Source of the DNA: Candidatus Babeliales bacterium
GTDB lineage: Bacteria; Babelota; Babeliae; Babelales; JANWKD01
Direction of reading: 5' to 3'
DNA length: 64,000 bases
Assembly: GCA_963722255.1 (NCBI GenBank)
Contig: CAVRJO010000001.1
Coordinates: forward strand, 480,001-544,000
A program made the translations under genes and the position numbers. Positions 59,655 to 64,000 of the stretch are shown in pieces. The first letter of the stretch is position 1. Each line of letters begins with the position of its first letter. Under the pieces are notes generated by a model that had not been told where the DNA came from, made no database searches, and saw only the letters and a list, made by a program, of their open reading frames with translations.

Positions 59655-60044
59655 TTAAAAGAGAACAAACGCCATTATGGTTGCACCAATTGCCGAGATT
59701 CCCTTAAGAACTTCCCCTACAGGTTTTTTTGCTGCTTCAAAAAAATCTCCCGCCTTAATTGCAAGATACTCTCTCAACAATATGGTATCGCGGTGGGTAT
59801 TATTTTGTAGTAATCCCACTCCATGAACAAAACTATTAGATTGAGCATAACGCGAAACCTTTGATGAAGGATATTTTAATTTAATTCCCGAGACTCTGGC
59901 AACGGTTATAGGTTTTGAATGATAGCGCGATTGAAGAGCGAATAATTGATTAATAACCGTATCTTTAGAGGTAACGATTGGCTTTATAGTTGATTGAAAA
60001 CCTACTATAAGAGCCAAGCTCAAGATAATTTTTATACTTTTCAT
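59655..60044 (-). CDS. Hypothetical protein with signal peptide and C-terminal hydrophobic tail
   Basis: GAGG SD; hydrophobic termini. Confidence 0.6.
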   Translation of the reverse strand: MKSIKIILSLALIVGFQSTIKPIVTSKDTVINQLFALQSRYHSKPITVARVSGIKLKYPSSKVSRYAQSNSFVHGVGLLQNNTHRDTILLREYLAIKAGDFFEAAKKPVGEVLKGISAIGATIMAFVLF

Positions 60045-60207
60045 AGATAACCTCTTTTTTACTGTTTTTTGTTGCTTTATTACGTATCTAACTTAAGTAT
60101 AAACTATTCTATAAAGTTGTCAATAAATATTTCTATTTGAAGTAAAATAGCCAAGGCGAGCTAATTTTGATGCAAAATAAGCCAAAAAAATGGAAAAAGT
60201 AAGAATT

Positions 60208-60780
60208 TTAAGATTTTGAGGGCGCCAAATACTCATAATAGACAAAACCATCATCCCGAGAGGATTCTCGGAATCCATAGCGTGTATAAAGCTTCTGTGC
60301 CGGAAAATTCGTAGTTCTTGTGACAAGTTCAATTTTAGCAGCTCCTCGTTTAATAAGATCTTTTACTGCATAGTCAAGAAGCTTATAAGCCCATCCTTTT
60401 GATCTAAATTCCGGGTCAAGATCAATAAATCGTAAATCTCCAAGATAAAAGTTCTTCATAAAATAGATCACAAATCCCACCGGCTTTTTATGGTGATAAC
60501 CAACCTTTATGCTTAAGTTACCTAGATGTTCCGGTTTTTTTGATGAAGCACGGTTTCTGAGCATATATTCAGGAGAATAGTCATAGCCTTCTACGAGCCA
60601 ATACCAATCACGTTTGAAACTATCCAAAATAAATGAGGTATCTCGTTCAGGAACAAAATCTAAAATCACGTCTTGCTGACGCATTTGAAAGAAATAGTAA
60701 AGACTTCCGGCAGATGCTGTTAAAAAAATTCCACCTATACATATTTTTAACCAGAGACGAGATTTAGAATGATATACCAT
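60208..60780 (-). CDS. GNAT acetyltransferase with N-terminal TM segment
   Basis: DPEFRSKGWA, N.PAQKLY.RYGF. Confidence 0.85.
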   Translation of the reverse strand: MVYHSKSRLWLKICIGGIFLTASAGSLYYFFQMRQQDVILDFVPERDTSFILDSFKRDWYWLVEGYDYSPEYMLRNRASSKKPEHLGNLSIKVGYHHKKPVGFVIYFMKNFYLGDLRFIDLDPEFRSKGWAYKLLDYAVKDLIKRGAAKIELVTRTTNFPAQKLYTRYGFRESSRDDGFVYYEYLAPSKS

Positions 60781-60941
60781 CAGTGACCTTTAATTATAGT
60801 TAGTTTGATAGCACTAGAATAAGGCAAAACAGCAATAAAAATCAAGAAATATCATTATCTGAACAGTTCTTTATTGCAAAAAAGATAACCACTAGGTAGG
60901 TTATAATAAACTATGGTTTTATAAAAAAAAGGAAACAAAGA

Positions 60942-61364
60942 ATGGATAAAATTCAACAACACACTAGTTCTTTATACACGCCTTGGTTAGCGCTTAAAAT
61001 AATCTACGGCCTCATTGTACTCATTGCAGGTATAGATAAGTTCTTATTCATTTTAAGCCCTCATAACGACAATTTTATAAGCGCTTTGGTTAAAGCCATT
61101 TTACCAGTATCAACGTTACATTTTCTTTATGGTGTTGGTATTTTTGAAATTATTATTGGCATAATGATTTTAACAAATTTTACCTACTGGGGTGCTCTGC
61201 TCCTTATGGCTTGGTATCTTATTATTGATGTCAATCTTTTTACCATAGGACCAACATTCTATCTTTTAATCCTTACTAATCTTGGTCATGCTGCAGCATC
61301 ATATACCTTAGCAAAACTTACGGCGTTTCTCTACCCCAAATTAGGTAAAAAAACGCCGCAATAA
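60942..61364 (+). CDS. DoxX-like membrane protein
   Basis: IAGIDKF, VGIFEIIIG; four TM segments. Confidence 0.65.
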   Translation: MDKIQQHTSSLYTPWLALKIIYGLIVLIAGIDKFLFILSPHNDNFISALVKAILPVSTLHFLYGVGIFEIIIGIMILTNFTYWGALLLMAWYLIIDVNLFTIGPTFYLLILTNLGHAAASYTLAKLTAFLYPKLGKKTPQ

Positions 61365-61389
61365 TCTTCTACTTTAGATGAATAACTTA

Positions 61390-62394
61390 TTATTGAAGGC
61401 CTGTTCCGGTTGCTCCAGCGGCACCATCATCACCGCCATTATCTCTTTCCGGCTCTTCATCGCTTGATACATCGTCGCCTTCATCATCTATCACAAGAGG
61501 CCTGATATTTGTCATTCTTCTTTTTCTCTTTCTTCTTATATTGGCAACGTCCTTAATAAATTTCCTCACGCGGCCAGTGTTTGGATCAAAATAATAATTT
61601 ACATACTGACTATCTTTTTTAGTAACCTGATTCTCAATAGACAGAATATCTATTTCTTGAGTTCCAAGCCTAACATCATTATCAATGGTTGTTTCAACAC
61701 TGCTAGTAGTACCAACAGGAATCCATTCTCCAAGAGGAATCAAATTATTAAGATTAACTCTTGGGTGAAGTATAGTATCAAACTCTCTAGCGATTTCATC
61801 ACCCTGTCCTAAAGGCCCGAACAATGAATCATTACGATCTTGTGATCTTGGTTGCATATAATCCAAAACAGGTCGATCTGGCGTAGGAGTATTAAACTGC
61901 ATAATTAAATCACGAAGCTCATCTAAATTTCCATTATCAACATTTGAACCAACATCTGACATTTCAGTATCTTGACTATTATTTGACAAAAATGATGAAA
62001 ATATAGCAGACATGCCAACATTGTCTTCATTATCTGCTGAATTCAATTGTTCCAAATTATTATAATAGTTTTCATGATTATAATGCGCTGGATTAAAAGA
62101 ATCAGAATTACCTACATTTTGATTTGGATTCACACGATCAGATACATAAGGATATAAAGCAGCAATTGCTTGACTTATTTGATATGCTCGATTTCGATCT
62201 ACCTCAAGACTTAAAGCTAAGCGCCTGTCCTCTAAATTAGCACGGGTAAAATTTTCACCCAATCCCAAAAACTCACGCGCATTCCTAATTTCCTCACCAG
62301 GTTGAACAATAGGATGATTAGGATTATGTTCCATTGCATTACTCATTGCAACAAACGTCAGTAAAACTAAAATTCCATTTAATTGATTTTTCAT
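61390..62394 (-). CDS. Secreted low-complexity protein with NLS-like motif
   Basis: Signal ending NA-ME; RRKRKRR followed by an acidic tail. Confidence 0.7.
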   Translation of the reverse strand: MKNQLNGILVLLTFVAMSNAMEHNPNHPIVQPGEEIRNAREFLGLGENFTRANLEDRRLALSLEVDRNRAYQISQAIAALYPYVSDRVNPNQNVGNSDSFNPAHYNHENYYNNLEQLNSADNEDNVGMSAIFSSFLSNNSQDTEMSDVGSNVDNGNLDELRDLIMQFNTPTPDRPVLDYMQPRSQDRNDSLFGPLGQGDEIAREFDTILHPRVNLNNLIPLGEWIPVGTTSSVETTIDNDVRLGTQEIDILSIENQVTKKDSQYVNYYFDPNTGRVRKFIKDVANIRRKRKRRMTNIRPLVIDDEGDDVSSDEEPERDNGGDDGAAGATGTGLQ

Positions 62395-63032
62395 AAATCC
62401 CCCTTGAAATAAATTTTAAAATATGGAAGTTCAAAAAGCGACTCATATCTTTGCATCATTTGTTCAGAAGTCTCCAATGTTTTTGGTTGCATTAACTGAC
62501 TGCTGTTACTCGCATTGAGTCCTGCAAGTTGTGCATATAATATATTTTCATCATTCGCTTCTTTAATTCCTAAATCTCTATCAACCGGTTTTTTAATTGC
62601 TAACGCTTGATCAATTGTTTTTTTAATTGCTGGAAACGAAAGCATAATAATTAATCTGCGATAACAATCAAAAAAATACGCTGATTCTTCACTTGTAGGC
62701 AGCGTCGTATTCATATATGAGCGCACTTCATTAATTTCTTCTAATGAAGTATTTTTCAAACCCAATTCAGCACAATAATCCACACCCTTCTTAATAACAT
62801 CTTGAATAGTAGTGTTCTCAGGATTTATAAATCCAAAATCTTTGCAACGCTCAATTCGTGTATAGTGCAATTCATTGCAAGAGACATCTTTTGAAAGATC
62901 TAAAATATGTCGCCATTTATTTTGTTCTTGTTCATCGATTTGTCCTAAATAATCATGACTTTCTCTATACATTGCATTATTCATTGCAATAAATGAGAGT
63001 AAAACCCAAACTAATGCTAATTGTTTTTTCAT
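62391..63032 (-). CDS. Secreted hypothetical protein, N-terminus related to the next gene
   Basis: MKKQL...FIAMNNA-M versus MKNQL...FVAMSNA-M; ATGA overlap. Confidence 0.7.
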   Translation of the reverse strand: MKKQLALVWVLLSFIAMNNAMYRESHDYLGQIDEQEQNKWRHILDLSKDVSCNELHYTRIERCKDFGFINPENTTIQDVIKKGVDYCAELGLKNTSLEEINEVRSYMNTTLPTSEESAYFFDCYRRLIIMLSFPAIKKTIDQALAIKKPVDRDLGIKEANDENILYAQLAGLNASNSSQLMQPKTLETSEQMMQRYESLFELPYFKIYFKGDL

Positions 63033-63157
63033 AAATCCTCTTTGAAATATTTATTTTTTAAAAAGAACCATTTATTAATGGCCTCATATTACTATTAGTA
63101 TACATGAGAAGCGAAAAAAATATAGGTATTAATCTTTCCTTCAGCGATTTTTACTAC

Positions 63158-63667
63158 CTATTGTGAACTCCACCATGAATTTAATAACCAACCACCAACA
63201 CAACCTATTGCTAAGCAGGATACTGCCCCTAGGCATAATTCTAATCTATGGGGAATAATGTTGGTTTTTATTTTACGATCTTTATAGACTACTTCTTTCT
63301 TTTGAGCGAAGATCTGAGCAAAAAGTTCTTCAATTTTTTTCAACTGAACAATGCTATTTTTTACATTTCTTAGTTCTTCAAGAGCACCATATAGACTATA
63401 TAAATAACTCGTAAAGTATGGCTGCTCTTTAAAATGTGAATCAAAATCTAAAGCAGGGTCGTTTTCTGCCATATTATGATAAGACCTTATTTGTTGTTTC
63501 AAAGCTGCAATAAACTCAGCTTCAATCACTTGCCCCTTCATTCTTCCTATACTTTTTTTTCGCTCTTCAGTAGATACTGTTGAGCCATCTTTTGTCATCC
63601 CCTGCGCACCGGTAAAGGCACCAACTATGAAAATAGTTAAAAATAGGGTAAAAATTCTTTTATTCAT
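63158..63667 (-). CDS. Secreted protein with C-terminal TM anchor
   Basis: GGAG SD before MNKRIF; signal ending QG-MT; C-terminal hydrophobic helix. Confidence 0.65.
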   Translation of the reverse strand: MNKRIFTLFLTIFIVGAFTGAQGMTKDGSTVSTEERKKSIGRMKGQVIEAEFIAALKQQIRSYHNMAENDPALDFDSHFKEQPYFTSYLYSLYGALEELRNVKNSIVQLKKIEELFAQIFAQKKEVVYKDRKIKTNIIPHRLELCLGAVSCLAIGCVGGWLLNSWWSSQ

Positions 63668-63856
63668 AACTCCATTCCTTTGAATAAAACTAAATAGTAT
63701 AAACTTGAACATATTTCAAATATACAATATTTTTAAAAAGGCGTCAAATAAGATTTTTAAAGGTATTTTACCTGCCAAAAACACCTTAAAGCATAAGAAG
63801 CTATGGATTTGCTTAATAAACCCATAGCTTCTTGTATAAGAGTTCTTTAAAAAATC

Positions 63857-64000
63857 TTAATTCCCGGAATTTGAACTGTTTCCTGTAGGATTAAAATTTG
63901 GATGAGTATCAGTAACTCTGACTCGTTGGAGAGTCTCAGTTGTGTTCGTTAACGTATTTTGATTGGTATGTCTGCGAACTATCGTTGTAACATTACCATT
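63857..64000 (-). CDS. Possible 3' end of a gene entering from beyond the window
   Basis: Open frame from the window edge (NGNVTTIVRR...NSGN*); no motif recognised. Confidence 0.35.
   Translation of the reverse strand, partial: NGNVTTIVRRHTNQNTLTNTTETLQRVRVTDTHPNFNPTGNSSNSGN

Noticed and set aside
1090..60332. Numerous 60-135 aa ORFs antisense to or nested in long genes (e.g. 24337, 43469, 47979, 49325)
   Set aside because: Shadow ORFs of well-supported genes, without motifs or SD support.

Overview
AT-rich bacterial chromosome segment. Gene content and protein style point to an intracellular parasite of protists, most likely phylum Dependentiae/Babelota (TM6); this is an inference, not a database result. 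Housekeeping genes: arfB, polA, priA, hppA, class Ic (Chlamydia-type) nrdA/nrdB, ppa, gpmI. It also carries a surface-glycan locus (wzx, GT4, MTase-GT2, two asnB-type amidotransferases, two SAM methyltransferases, gmd, a frameshifted MBOAT plus an SGNH-like partner), two complete IS elements (IS1202-family with a 15-bp target duplication inside a palindrome; IS5-family with a -1 frameshift), and many signal-peptide-bearing putative effectors, often as tandem paralogs (Skp1-like/beta-propeller, F-box/ankyrin, RING-H2, WD40, membrane-hairpin proteins). Most striking patterns: (1) about 16 otherwise unrelated effector-like proteins have Met right after the predicted signal-peptidase site, usually M-[E/D/N/Q], a candidate export or N-terminal mimicry signal; (2) apparent single-chain Skp1/F-box-like/propeller proteins, with F-box and RING proteins nearby, suggesting a kit for hijacking host SCF ubiquitin ligases; (3) signal-peptide-like extensions on the normally cytoplasmic Gmd and PolA. 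No rRNA, tRNA or CRISPR array was recognised.
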